DNA of 64,000 nucleotides from Eledone cirrhosa (Eukaryota): contig OZ024741.1 in NCBI GenBank assembly GCA_964016885.1, positions 325,810,001 through 325,874,000 of the forward strand, written 5' to 3'. The notes below the pieces were generated by a model. It saw only the letters and a list, made by a program, of their open reading frames with translations, did not search any database and was not told the DNA's origin. Below are positions 50,295 through 64,000 of the stretch, one piece after another. Every line of letters begins with the position of its first letter. The stretch's first letter is position 1. A program made the translations under genes and the position numbers.

Positions 50295-50574
50295 TATGCA
50301 TACTGGACCATCAGATGCTTTATAGGATGTTTCAGAGCTTACCTCAGGATACTTAGAGATTTACCAGTTACAATAACCTAACTGGACGTCTACCTACATA
50401 TAATATAACTGTTTCTACTTTTGGCACAAGGCCAGCAATTACCCAGTGCATTACTGGTACTTTATTTTATCGACCCCGTAAGGATGAAAGGCAACCTTGG
50501 TGGGATTTGAACTCAGATCATAAAGGGGCGTAACTCTGTGCTGCAATATAATATAATATGCATATATATGTATC

Positions 50575-50643
<69 letters not shown>

Positions 50644-50684
50644 GTATATATACATATATATATATACACACACACACATAAATG

Positions 50685-50748
<64 letters not shown>

Positions 50749-50750
<2 letters not shown>

Positions 50751-51673
50751 TAGGGCGGGTAAAATTCTCGAGATCCATGGACGAGTTCTCTCCAGCTGTC
50801 TCTGTCCCTCATCATCGCTGCCATGTCCTGCGTCTCCAACAGACCAGTGTCTGTCATTAGGGCATCAACATACGTTAACCTTGGTCTTCCTCTTCCAGTG
50901 TGTCCATGTAGGGACTCCCACAGGAGCATTGAGTGCAATGTCAACTCTGGATGTCAGTGGGCATGTCCAGCTAACCTCAGTCTCCTCTGTATCTGTTTTG
51001 AGCTGACATTTGGGAGGCTCCCATACAGCTCTGAGTTTTTCATCCTCAGTGTATACTGATTAATGTTCAGAGCCATCCTCATCATTCTAATGTAGCACCC
51101 ATCCACCATCTGAGTGAGTTTCTTGGTCAGTGTCCAAGTCTCAGACAGGTACAGCAGCACAGACTCCACTACCCCAACACCAAAGCCTAAGTCATTACAC
51201 CTGATGGGATGACAGAGTTCTTTGAGATACTAGCTGGAGTGCTCCAGGGTGATACATTGGCTCCCTACCTTTTTATCATCGTAGTGGACTATTGTATGCG
51301 CCTTGCACTGGAGAAACACCAGGAATCTGGCTTTACTGTAGCACCGGCTAAGAGCAGGAGAGTTAAGGCGAAAAAGATATCGGATGCTGAATTTGCCGAT
51401 GACATAGTTTTGGTGACAAATACAGTGAAGGAGGCAGAGGATTTAAAGCAGGAGGTTGAGACTGTGTCGATGAGGGTGGGGCTGAGAATGAAAGAGACTA
51501 AAACAAAATATCTGATAGAGAATGTTGACAAGCCAGAGGGGATCACTAATGTAGGCGGGAAGCCACTAGAATTGGTTGAGGACTTCCTGTATTTGGGCGC
51601 AAAGATTGGGAAAATCGGAAGATGATGTGGTTGAGAGGAAGAGCAAAGCTTGGGCGGCGTGCCACAGCTTGAG
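50749..51673 (-). mobile_element. RTE/RTEX-like LINE fragment with 5' inversion, between (TA)n arrays
   Basis: 50750-51169 (-) encodes ESVLLYLSETWTL...RLRLAGH...GRPRLTYVD...*. 51171-51672 (+) encodes GVLQGDTLAPYLF...FADD...FLYLG...KAWAAC. Confidence 0.85.
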
Positions 51674-51767
<94 letters not shown>

Positions 51768-51958
51768 ACATGCACCATTTAAGTTACGTTGTTTACCAAT
51801 GGGTGGAACTGGTGATTCCGGTTAGTAAACGATGATGAAATGAATTAAAGCGTTCGACGTTATGCAGATCATCCATTGTAGATGTGGTATCCAGTGTTTG
51901 CTGCTGAAAACAACAACACAATGCTGGACTGGAAACTTTATCATTTTAATTCCGCCAA

Positions 51959-52034
51959 AACATTATATATATTTCAATGGCCCAGCTTCACCATCCCAAT
52001 ATGATGCAAGACCCAGGCGATTTCATCAGCTGTT
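51959..52034 (-). ncRNA. Hammerhead-like ribozyme in a ~330-bp island between (TA)n arrays
   Basis: Minus strand: AACAG-CTGATGA-AATCGCCTGG...CTGGGCCATT-GAAA-TATATA-TA-ATGTT; one mismatch at the base of stem I. Confidence 0.6.
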
Positions 52035-52108
52035 AATTGCTGAGCGGAATTAATATTATATAGTTTCAAGTCAGGCTTTCTGTTGTTGTTTTTAATATAT
52101 ATATATGT

Positions 52109-52142
<34 letters not shown>

Positions 52143-52225
52143 GAATTATTTCCGGAGGAAGGGTAAAGGAAGAGAGGATGCTCTATATATGCTATAGAGG
52201 TATTTAATATATATGTATATATATA

Positions 52226-52281
<56 letters not shown>

Positions 52282-52334
52282 TATATATATATATACATAC
52301 AGACACACACACACATATATATATATATATAAAC

Positions 52335-52371
<37 letters not shown>

Positions 52372-52386
52372 TATATATATATACAT

Positions 52387-52463
<77 letters not shown>

Positions 52464-52486
52464 TATATATACATGCATACACACAT

Positions 52487-52529
<43 letters not shown>

Positions 52530-53008
52530 TAAACATCCATGTAATACCCTCTGACCCTACTATTACCGTGACCTACATAAAGCTATATTCAAATTCACTA
52601 CATGACACAGCCAGATGAGGCAACCAAGCTAAAATTTCGAAGTTATAACCACGTTTCTATCTAGAAAATATCTTTCTACACTCTACCCACCCGTATTGAC
52701 TGCATATTTAGTTAATGTTTGAATGTTTTAAATGCTATGGTATTTTAAACATATTTTCTAATATATTAAATATTTCTAATATATATATATATGTATGTGT
52801 ATGGGACGTGGTGGTGTGTTGAGGTGTGGGATGTACGTTCGCAAGCTTAATGAAAATGATCCCGCCACAGAAGGTCTTTACGATATGACGTACATATATG
52901 TCTTTCATATAGAAATAATAATAAAACCAAGATGAATAAAACCAATGAAGATAGAGCAATGTGAAAAATGTGTAGAAGATAATAAACGACGGACTTGGAT
53001 TGAGAGAG

Positions 53009-53046
<38 letters not shown>

Positions 53047-53157
53047 GGGGGGGGGATGGAGACATAAAGAGAGAGAGAGAGAGGCGAGAGAGAAGATGGA
53101 GAGTAAAGATGGAGAGAGAAAGAAAGAAAGAGACTGAGATTGAAAGGGACAGAGCGT

Positions 53158-53229
<72 letters not shown>

Positions 53230-53935
53230 GATTGGCTAAAGGACATAATTTATAACCTAATACAAACTATAAAAAAATGCCAAATAACAACAAAAACAAC
53301 AGAAACAAAGATCCCCATCCACCCCACAAAAAAACGACCACCACTCAATGTAATAAACATTATTTTATTGCGTGTTAACCTGTATTCAGTTATATTTCTC
53401 TCGTTTTAGCTTCTACACTTCAGTTGCTGTTAATTTTCTGACTCTCAATCAACTAAGCGTCGTTTCAATGAATAATTACCCTTAACATATACATTCTGAC
53501 AGCTCACGAACATCTTCTCTTATTTATATTTAAAAGCAAATGATTTTTATTTTTATATTTTCTTTATTTTTGCGACGAGTTGCGAGTCTTGTCGAGTCCA
53601 CTTTATATTCAGTAAAAAAAGAAAAAAGGGAAAAAAATATATAGACCAACCAAATATTGAACGATATTTCCCTATATCTTCTTTGTTACATTGCATAGGT
53701 CAGAAGAAGTATAACGTCCTTGCCAAGACGCGTGGCTTTGTGGTTAGAGAATTTGGCTCTTGATTGTAAGGCCGTTAATTTGATTCCCATTGGTATGTGG
53801 TTGCCTTGAGCAAGACACTTTATTTCAGGTGGCTGTACTTCACTCAGTTGGCATGAATGAGTTGCGTCTGACAGGACCTGCTAGAAGGTTGTTTGAGGAC
53901 TTTGCCTCCATGACTCTTTCATGAATAAGTGAGCG

Positions 53936-54216
53936 AAGAAGAAGAAGAAGAAGAAGAAGAAGAAGAAGAAGAAGAAGAAGAAGAAGAAGAAGAAGAAGAA
54001 GAACCAGAAGAAGGCTTAGACGAAGAAGTAAAGGAGAAGGGTAAGAAGAAGAAAAGGAGAAGAAGAAAAAGAAGGAGAACAGAAGGAGGAGGAGGAGAAG
54101 AAGAAGCAGAAAAAGAAGAGAAGAAAAGGAGGAAGAGGAGGAGGAGGTGGAGAAGAAGAAAAAGAAGAAGAAGAAGAAGAAGAAGAAGAAGAAGAAGAAG
54201 AAGAAGAAGAAGAAGA
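53936..54216. repeat. (GAA)n/(GGA)n purine-rich microsatellite
   Basis: Direct reading of the sequence. Confidence 0.95.
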
Positions 54217-55393
54217 AATTCTGAACCGAAGTCACGGCTTTGTGGTGAAGAAGTACCAGGTGTGGAGTGCCATCTTGGGAAAAGTTTATTTACCATAACT
54301 TCAAGCCAATCCATGCTCTGTAAGTGAAACTGAGTAGATAGAAGCGGTGTGGTTACTGATCAAATAGATTAAAAGTGTAATTACATGATCCAGCCAAATC
54401 ACGTATATGACGTTAATTGCCTGAACCATTTAACGCCGAGTTAAATATGCTACTTTATTGTATTACAAAGGGAGATGACTTATACAAGGCTAGTTATATT
54501 TCATTCCGTGTTGACATACACCAAAAGCCAGTTTACATAGTTGCTTGTAGTTGCCTATACACATATGATGAAACAGAACTATTCCTCTATATGTCATCAC
54601 TCATTGACACACACAAACACAGACACACACACACGCACACACATATACATATACATATATATATAAATGAGAATAGAGAAATTAATTGTTTCTACTTTTT
54701 GGCACAAGGCCAGCAATTACCCAGTACATTACTGGTACTTTATTTTATCGACCCCGTAAGGATGAAAGGCAAAGTTAACCTCGGCGGGATTTGAACTCAG
54801 ATCATAAAGGGACATAACTATGCTAGAAAGCATGGTGTCTGACCCTCTACCGATACTGCCAATTCACATTAATGTGAGCAAGAAGCCAACAGTATTTCAT
54901 AATATATAAGTGACTATAACGTCAAAATGGAAAATAATTAACGTAAGATATGGGAAAATAATTCAAACTCAATTAAAAAAAAATCAAGACAAAGATTTTA
55001 TCCACAGATTTTGTTAAATCCAGGGAAAAACCAATGGAGTCTTAACTCCATTGGTTTTTATGTAAAATAAAGTTTAAATACTCATTCTTCAATTTGGAAA
55101 AACTACAAATGCTCTATATAGTCTTAAAAAGACCATTTCACGAAACTTTTCAGTGGGATTAGTGACGGTTAGAGTCGTTCATCAGTAGAGCTCAACACGA
55201 TAACCAAATTACCACTGCTAAAATATGCCAGAAAGGGAATTTAAAAGCAGGATAGTTCACCTCGTGCGGAATTATGAAAACAAACACACATGGAGAAACA
55301 TGGCTGGTGAGGTCAGAATGAGACGAATGTCTGTTTACAAGAAACAGCAGTCAAAAACATTCCGAAAAAACTCTACAAAATGTAAGGAGTTCA

Positions 55394-55443
<50 letters not shown>

Positions 55444-55636
55444 TAGATATAGCAAATGAATGAAGAATAACATGGTCGGCTGTACTATAGGGTTTATTTA
55501 CAGTATCAACAATTGTTTCATTAGTCCGTTGTGGTGTCTAAAAGTCGCTGATCGCTAGAAGTTACGTCATTCGACCTCCTCAATTACAGTCGATACCCGA
55601 CCAAATACTGATGTGTGTACATGATACAGTGCGCTA

Positions 55637-55675
<39 letters not shown>

Positions 55676-55680
<5 letters not shown>

Positions 55681-58143
55681 CGTTTCTGAATTTGTTTAGC
55701 AGGATTCATCTGAAAACGTGTGTTGAAACCGATATTGTTATACTTTGGGAGGGTCATGTTGCCAATAGGAAACACACGCACCAGTTGCTTTCACTCCAAT
55801 TTATTATAAATAAAAATAAAAAAAATAAATAAAAAAAAGAAAAAATTAATTTCCGGTTGGTTGGTTGGTTCTATAACAGGACCGTTGTTCATATATTGTC
55901 AAAGTTCTTTCGTCACACATTCTGCGACCTCTTCGGTGACGGGATTCTTTTCTTTGTTTTGTGCCTCTCTTTGTTCTGTCCTACGCCATCTTGTTTTTGT
56001 GTGTGTTGTGTGCTTAGTTTGCGCATGTGTTATATCCGGGTGTCTGTGTGTGTTTTTCTTTGTTTATTTATTTGTTTATTTACATGTTACTGGTTGGTTT
56101 TTTGTTCTATGAGTGTGTGTGTTTTCATTTTGTCCTTAATTGTAAGTTGTGATATTGCTATTCCATTCATATTTTCTATTTAATTTTGGTTGGAGTTCAT
56201 TTATCTTTATTGCCTCTGTGATTTGTCTAAACATTGCGTCTTTTCTGTGTGTGGATTCTATTTTTATTTCTATGTTCTCTAATTTGCCCTTATGTTCTAT
56301 TTTAGCATGTTGGTGGAGTATCGATGATTCTTTTTTATCTTGAAGCTCTCGCCAGTGTTCACTTATCCGTTCTCCTATACTACGAGCTATCTCACCTATG
56401 TACATTATATTCTTATCTTTACATTGTCATTCAGTACATCCTATGCTACATACTATGTTTCTAGTTTTACAGTTAATATGGGGGCTTAGTTTACAGATTA
56501 TGCATTTCTTATCTATACAGGGAGCTCTTTGAAAAGGGTATGTATAACTAATAAGTGTTTTTATGGAGGTACCTAGTCTTTCTACTATCTTAATATTAAG
56601 TTTAAGTTTATCTAGGGCCTTTCTAAATTTCTAAGCTAATTCACCTCTAGGTGTTGTATTGATGAACATTACACTCTGGTATTTATTGCTATCATACCAT
56701 GAGTTTATTCTATTAACCTTATTCCTAGTTCTTTCTATTCTATTCCAAAATTTGCTCCTATTCAAGGGGCAGGTCCCATTTGTATCATTATTTACTATTT
56801 TTTTCCCATTTGATTCTGGCTCCTCTATACACTCTGATTTTATCTCTCTGATTGTAACCAGAGAACTGCATACGGTGGATGAAGTGTTGTATGTGTCTCT
56901 CTAGTTCTTTGGGGTTGCACATGCGGGATACGCTTCTCATCACCCGTACCAAATCCGCAATCAGTATGTTGATTTTGGTGTGAGCCGAAACAACTGAGTT
57001 TCGGCGGATCAGATATTTGGAAGTCATGGGTTTGGCATACTGGGAATGGAGGATTTGTTTTTTGTTATTAATGGTTTCTAACCAGAGCTCTGTGTCTAGT
57101 ACAGGTAATCGATGGTTGGGGTGTTTGCTTGGGTAGTCTATAGTAACTCTAATACTCTAGTGGATGGAGTTAGCTATTTGCTGGATGCTTTCCATGGTGT
57201 TTTTCTCTAATTCCTGACTGTTCTCTAGTGGGGGGTGTTTTTACTACGATGTTTATATCATCAACGTAGCGAGAGTACATTATCAGGGTTAAGAGGTTGC
57301 TGTCTTCTAATTGTTCTTTAAGTTTAAGTTTATTGTCCCACCATACCATGAATAGGTTAGCTATGTCACCTGCAATGCTAACACCAATGGCTGCTCCCTG
57401 CTCTTGGGCATATGTTTTTCCTTTAAATTTGAACATATGTTCCTTAAGGGTTAGTTTAATACTGGCCCCCACCGCTTGTGCAATCATTTTCTTTAGTTCA
57501 TCATGGTTTTTGGGGGTTCGTATGACTCTGGTCCACCCGATCCATCTTTCTAGGTGGTCTGCCTCTTGCTGGTCTTGTAGTGCAGAGGCTGCTAAGGTCA
57601 TACGTATCTAGATAATCATTACTGTAAGTAAGTTTAAGTAGGAGTCCCAGCTCACTGGTATCAATCCCACGGAAATGAACATTGCTCTCACTGATCATTT
57701 CTACGCATTTCTCCACAGCAAAATCCACGTCAATGGATGGATATAGGGACACAACATCCATACTACCTATTATACAGTCTGTTAGGTCCCTAGATCGGTT
57801 ATTTTCGCTTATTCTGCTGAGGAGGTCCTCCGTGCTGTCACATATATCTCGGGACATTTCAATGATGGGGCGTATGATCAGGGAGAGGAAGTAGGAAAGT
57901 CTGTAGTTACTAGCAATGTTAGCTCCACAGACTGGCCGTGTTGGTGGTCCTGTGACAGGGTCACTGTTCATCTTATGGTCTTTTCGAAGCCCATACAACT
58001 CTGGCACGTCATTGTTCCAGGCCTTTTATTGGGCTGCATTATGTTTGTCCACATCATCATATGGGCATTGAGGGTTTTCTCCCTATCCCCATGCTCTTGT
58101 GGTGTTACTTCTCGTGTGTTAGTGATGTGGGGTTGCATTGCCT
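55676..58143 (-). mobile_element. Decayed, 5'-truncated second copy of the Naiad-like PLE
   Basis: Track ORFs 57501-58007, 57170-57601, 56788-57027 and 56136-56405 match the 43289-45991 protein with frameshifts. The pLTR ends at the same base into (TA)n. Mutated HHR (CCGAAGA) at ~55898-55940. Confidence 0.92.
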
Positions 58144-58170
58144 GTTATATTCCTTCGTTATATTTTGAAT

Positions 58171-58226
58171 TACCTGATGATGTTACCGGATTCATACGGA
58201 ACCCGGTCATTGAAATGATCGTAGTA
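58171..58226 (+). ncRNA. Degenerate hammerhead of a different family joined head-to-head to PLE copy 2
   Basis: TAC-CTGATGA-TGTTACCGG...CCGGTCATT-GAAA-TGATCG-TA-GTA. Confidence 0.6.
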
Positions 58227-59191
58227 TAATAAACCTTTGAAGGATTTACACAAGTCCAGCCTCCTGTTATTTTAATAATTAACTTCGTACTCGCACCACC
58301 AACTACACAAACGAAGACAGGTGAGTTGCGTTACGTTGAGTACTTTCCATAATATTACATCGAGGTTGACCACACGGAATGACTAGTTCTATCAAGTGGT
58401 GAACCAACAAACCTAAATAAATAAATATATATATATATATATAACAATTATAAATGTGAAGAGAAAATAGACAAAATATGCCTAACGTTTTCTCCAAAGT
58501 CCCGACTGTACACTTTCGCCGACTGGTATGCAGCTATAATGCAACGAAATTGTACTAGGGCTGTGAGGCTATCGGATCTCAAGTGACCCTCAAGTGAAAG
58601 GACTAATTCTTGAACTGACCGTTACAAGTGCAACATTCAGGGGAGGGAGAATTATCACGTGGTATAATGGTATCAGAAAGGTGGTAAAGGCTGGATGTTT
58701 GGCGAATAATATATTTGCTAGAAAAAGCAGCCAGTACCCACCTATTTCATTCAACCCTAAGAGAGTTGAGACAAAATAATAATAAGAAACACACACACAC
58801 ACATATATATATATATCTATGTGTGTGTGGTGTCCTGCCTTTACCAACTCTGTTCAATGACTGATAGAATTTAAAAAACAAAGCAATTAATCAGAGCTAT
58901 TTAACAATTATGTACATGATGCGTTATGTCGTTGAGCAAGACACTTTATTTCACGTTGCTCCAGTTTACTCAGCTGTAGAAATGAGTTGCGATGTCACTG
59001 GTGCCAAGCTGTATCATTCATTGCCTTTCCATTTAACAGTATCTATGGCGTAGAGAGAGGGGACTGGCATGTATGGGCGACGGCTGTCATCCACACTTTT
59101 GCCTAGGAGGGTAACGTTCTAGGTATCAAACTCATGGTTGTTACCCTTTATATACACACATACATACATATACATATACGCACATACATAC

Positions 59192-59221
<30 letters not shown>

Positions 59222-59222
<1 letters not shown>

Positions 59223-59425
59223 GGAACGAGTAGGACCCCGACGGCTGAGCTCAAGCCGTTTCGACGGCTAATTCTGGACGGCTAATTTAGTCCAGAATTA
59301 GCCGTCGAAACGGCTTGAGCTCAGCCGTCGGGGTCCTACTCTTTCCTATTACCCACTCTACTACCCTAAGTATTGAGTACTTTGGTGCGTTATGGTCCAC
59401 CTGGTTCGTTACCACATTTCCTTCG

Positions 59426-59428
<3 letters not shown>
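59222..59428. mobile_element. Fold-back element (family D)
   Basis: Same arms and the same CATTTCCTTCGTTA|(TA)n end as 12991-13192. Confidence 0.8.
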
Positions 59429-59521
<93 letters not shown>

Positions 59522-59855
59522 CAAGATCAAAAGATGGTTAAAAGAGTTCCAAGTATTTTATTATGCGCATTTCAAAAACAAATATCATCATGGGATGATA
59601 TCTGCGTTTTCATCAGATAAAATAGGGATACATGATATGAAGCTTAAAAAACACTTGTGAATAGTGAAGTTTTAAATCAACATATGAAAAATAATTTAAG
59701 ATTGATGTATGAGATAGGAAAAGAGTGAAGGGGGGTTGGAAAAGGTAAGGAAGAGGAGGAGATGAGAGTAAAGAATATTTGCATTGCTTTATTGTGCTAC
59801 AATAAAAACTCACCTCCTACATATATATATATATATATATACACATGATACATGA

Positions 59856-59887
<32 letters not shown>

Positions 59888-59911
59888 AATATATATATAT
59901 GTATATATATA

Positions 59912-60114
59912 TATCGGTGGCGGGGAGAGGGGAGACTCGTATGAATGGGCGACTACTGGTCTTCCACAAAACAAACTTTGCCCAGGCTTGTACGAATGAC
60001 CATGGTATTGCACCTAGAAAGTTTCCCACCGAGGTACAAGCCTGGGCAAGGTTTGTTTTGTGGAAGACCAGTAGTTGCCCATTCATACCAGTCTCCCCTC
60101 TCCCCGCCACCGAT
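59912..60114. repeat. Fold-back built from a SINE 3' segment, between (TA)n arrays
   Basis: ~80-bp arms ATCGGTGGCGGGGAGAGGGGAGACT...; homologous to 16870-17000 (-) and 59040-59140 (+). Confidence 0.75.
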
Positions 60115-61954
60115 ATATATATAAATATATATATATATATGTATAACTATACATATATATGGTGAGTACTATTAAATATTACCCATATATATAGATAGAT
60201 GGATAGACACATAAATATCTACACATACATATGTACTATCAGAGGTACCAGTGTTGCCATGGTCATGAATATTTAAAAGCACGTTTCAGATTGAACTGAT
60301 ATTAGTTAACTTAGACCAAGTTTTTATGCAGTTCTTATTATTGTAGCTCAGATTTATCTATGAATTTCAAGAGTCTCTAATTTCTATTATTTGGGAAAAT
60401 AATTTCATTTGAATTTTCAATTTCAAGAGCATAAAACATAGAATTGACCTTGAGAGAAACACGGACTTGTTTATTCAAGTGATTGTTCCTGAGACTTTTT
60501 GACAGTAAATGAAAATGAGAGTGTCATTGGAAAATGAAAGTACTTGAACTGAAATGGCATATCGGATGTTGATAATATGACGGGAATGTATGGAAAAAAA
60601 ACCCATCTTCAGCCTTGGCACAACCAATTATTATAGTAGGTTCGAATTATAATAGCTTTGACAAGACTTTTACATTTACAGAATTTTCATGCATTTAAAT
60701 TTCATTGAAACAATGAGTAGATAGTTTTCAGCATCGTTAAGATTAATTACAATATCAACTGACCCGTATCATATGGAATGGGTTGAACATTTTTCAATTA
60801 TAGTCGCATTATAATCCTTTCACAACGCTTGTTTTGGAAGCCTGAAGCCTGAAGCCATTAATGATTTCTATGATATCCTGCATTTCACTACCAAAGGAAT
60901 TTTGTAGCACATATGGGAAATACCAGAATAATAGACCAATGGATCAGCTTTGATAAACTAAACACACACAAATACACACGCACACAAACATACACACGCA
61001 TATATATGAGTGGTTGTGGGAAGTTCTGGCTTGGTCGCTGCTACAGAGGCTTGGTTGGAAGCCTAACCTTTCGATTTATATTTACAGGACTTAGAAAAAC
61101 TGTAGAATCGCTGTAATAACTGTGAATCTTAAAGGGGAATATGTTGATTTAAATCATAATTAACTGATCCTTATCTATTTTCTTTTACCCAAAGCTAGGA
61201 ACTTGTGTATCTACCTTGTGTATGTATGTATGTATGTATGTATGTATGTATGTATGTATGTATGTATGTATGTATGTATGTATGTTTATATGTATGTGTG
61301 TATGTATGTATGTATGTATGATTGTATATCCGTAACATGTATCCCAGTACAACCTGTCTCATGGTCGGGTCGTTGGCGACTAAACTGGCAACCCCACCAA
61401 GGTTTCTTGGTGAGGAGCGTGACTTTGGACATCCTGCAGTACTAAAAACAAAACATGTCAAAGGGTAAAGGAGCTCTTAAGAGTCAATGGCCATCCAAAA
61501 TCACCGGGAGAGATGACCCCTTAGCCTTTGTCAAGGCAGAATTCTAGGAGAAGGAAAACTCTGATATAACACCTGCAACCCTGATGGTATCCAATGATGT
61601 TGACTTGTTCTTCTTTTTGGTAAAAATCATCTTGGTTAAAAGAGTGGGACTGGCTTTGTGCAGTGCCTTTGCTCACTATAAAAGCTTCACGGCACAGGCA
61701 TTGCTTTATATCTGGAGATTTCTCTGCACTTGTCGTCACATGGTACCATGGGCCCAGCACTATGTGTCAATAATTGTCACAAGTGTAGTGTTTGTACAGA
61801 GTTTTCAAGTCGCTGGCTGGACTAATAAGCCACACTCGTTCAGCGCATCGGTAGGGGTTCTCCTATATGGATATAAAGTAGTGGCCGTACTCGAAAACGA
61901 GTTGGCAGCCACCATGTATATCCGTATGTGGATGACTGCTCAGAGAAATGAGTG

Positions 61955-62378
61955 CTCGATACTGAAATAGAGTTTTGATATTCATTGTATTAAGGCTAAA
62001 TAGTGAGTCTTGTTACTCTGGAATTTCGTCTGTTTATCACAGGGACATCAGACAAGAAGTAACGTTTTAATAGCACACATAGTATAAATACAGAAAGTCT
62101 CGAGGTGGAGGAGGAACATTTATTTGGAGATGAGTAATTACGATAAGTTAGGTAGAGTGGTGGTGGCAGTGGCGTATGACAGTCTGTCCTATCGTAATTA
62201 CCCCCAATTAAATTCTCTTCCCCCCCACCTCGAATCTTCCTTTATTTATACTGTCTGATATTGAAGCGTTAGTTCCTTTCTGGTCATCCTGTGATAAACA
62301 GGCGAAACTCCAGAGTTACAGGAGTTACTATTTAGCCTTAATACAATGAATATCAAAACTCTACTTCAGTATCAAGAA
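61955..62378. mobile_element. Diverged fold-back element (family J) with degenerate hammerheads
   Basis: ~195-bp arms. Minus strand 62008-62057: TCTTGT-CTGATGT-CCCTG-TGATAAA-CAGAC-GAAA-TTCCAGAG-TA-ACAAGA; plus-strand counterpart 62274-62323. Confidence 0.65.
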
Positions 62379-62649
62379 CTCTCTTCCCTAAGCCTTCAAC
62401 TACATATATACGTGCCAGTAAACTCTTCACACATTTAAAGCTACACAAATATACATATATCAATAATTTCTATTTTCATTAATTTCTGTAGAATAATTAT
62501 ATTTTTCCTTCATTCAATATTATTATCTCTAATACAAGAGGGGAATAACAACAACCTATAATTAAAAATTTACAATAATTAGCCTTGTTAATTATGTTCA
62601 TATATTATTTTACTAATTATATTAATCAATTTGTTATGGTGACATAAGA

Positions 62650-63045
62650 CTTGAAGGTTGCTACATGAAGATATGTGAGGGTTTGATGTCAAGTAGCAAC
62701 AGTGCGTGGAAAGGGAACGCCTGTAAGGAAACCTCCTTAACATAATTGAGAAGATGAGATAATGTTTGTTCTATCTATAAGGACAATATACACAACATCC
62801 AGAAGAGCAAGTGATAAAACTGGTTCTATTGGCCCCATGGCACAGAGTAGGGAGGTATGGTGTATGTTATGTCATATTGACAACCTAAAACAGGATACTG
62901 ATTTAGAATCTAACCAGGAACTGAACATAGCAATGATGGACAGGGAAGTGGCAACATATCACATATATTAACCACCTGAAGCAGGATAGAATAGTGTGCT
63001 GGAATCTATCTAGGAACTGAAGATAGCAATGATGGACAACGGAGT
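62650..63045 (+). pseudogene. Highly decayed RTE-like LINE 3' fragment
   Basis: LKQDTDLESNQELNIAMMDRE resembles LMTDTGLLETQDMAAMMRDRD of 50750-50944. Confidence 0.45.
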
Positions 63046-63265
63046 ATATGTATATCCTTATTTTATGTAGAAATGAATTCTACTGGATTAAAACTGTTTC
63101 ATTCGTGAAGTCTGATGATTTTATATGCATGAAGTAGCTCTAGTCCTGTAAATCATTTCTATATAAAACAAGAACATCTATACTCTATCAATGTATTAAA
63201 TAGCTTTTTCAAAATGTTATTATTTCCCAAATCCCATCGGAAATCCACCCTTTATATCTATCTAT

Positions 63266-63633
63266 CTAGGGCGGGTAACATTCCCGAGATCCATCGACAA
63301 GTTCTCTCCAGCTGTCTCTGTCCATAATCACTGCTACGTCCTGCGTCCCTCAGAGACCAGTGTCTGCCCTTAGGGTATCAACATATGTCATCGTCGGTTT
63401 TCCGCTTCCAGTGTGTCCGTGTAGGACCACTGAGAGCAGTGTCAACTCATCTGAATGTCGGTGAGCATGTCCAGCTAACATCAGTCTCCTCAGTGTGACT
63501 TTCGAGGTGACTTTTAGGAGGCTTCCGTTCAGCTCTTTGTTCTTCACCCGCAGTGCATGTGGATCAATGTTCAGAGCCATCCTCGTGTAGCACCCATCCA
63601 CCAGCTGAGCGAGTCTCCTAGTCAGTGTCCACA
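63266..63633 (-). pseudogene. RTE/RTEX-like LINE 3' fragment
   Basis: WTLTRRLAQLVDGCYTRMALN...LAGHAHRH...TYVDTL; colinear with 50750-51137. The stop codon runs directly into (TAGA)n. Confidence 0.8.
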
Positions 63634-63779
63634 CCGATATATATATATGTGCGTCTTTCATATAATTGTTCTGCATCCCCTTGCATTGAACCACAAAGTT
63701 ACTAACACAAAACCTACATATTTGCTAGCATAGGTATGCATCTGTATATATATGTTGGTAGATATACTAATTCTTTATA

Positions 63780-63901
<122 letters not shown>

Positions 63902-63923
63902 TATAAAGAATTAGTATATCTAC

Positions 63924-63981
<58 letters not shown>

Positions 63982-64000
63982 CTATATATCAAATGAAGAA

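Noticed and set aside
53840-54327. Poly-E/R/S/L ORFs
   Set aside because: (GAA)n microsatellite.
55500-55590. Possible minus-strand hammerhead (TTGAGGA...GAAACAATTGTT); similar weak cases near 13785-13822 and 14045-14103
   Set aside because: Core and stem I are too degenerate to support a call.
61330-61590. Possible RTE 5' UTR with HDV-like ribozyme
   Set aside because: Only a vague resemblance (GGAGAAGGAAAACTCTGA); I could not fold the nested pseudoknot.

Overview
An AT-rich eukaryotic window made almost entirely of repeats. Its SINE families and dense (TA)n/(CA)n/(TATC)n tracts resemble an octopod cephalopod genome (inference). I can support no host protein-coding gene, and most ORFs in the track are microsatellite translations. 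Recognisable elements: (1) a near-complete Penelope-like element (PLE; RT + GIY-YIG, probably Naiad-type) at 41831-46577 with a 909-bp 5' inverted pLTR, plus a decayed copy, a solo pLTR, and two 3' fragments of a second, Neptune-type PLE; (2) two Tx1/L1-clade non-LTR retrotransposons, both inserted in (TATC)n; (3) a 5'-truncated R4/Dong-like RLE element in (TAA)n; (4) RTE-like fragments, one with a twin-priming inversion; (5) tRNA-derived SINEs and a Helentron-type non-autonomous element. The most striking signal is about ten mostly unrelated short non-coding families that carry minimal type-I hammerhead ribozyme motifs and mostly sit between (TA)n arrays. Wherever they fold back they are head-to-head, with both 3' ends pointing outward, the same geometry as the autonomous PLE. 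This suggests a (TA)n-associated, double-primed PLE/retrozyme mobilisation system. A second surprise is a conserved ~68-nt GT-AG intron-like segment with hairpins in the 5' UTR of both Tx1 elements, plus a conserved splice donor overlapping the ORF1 stop. All folds and alignments were read by eye.
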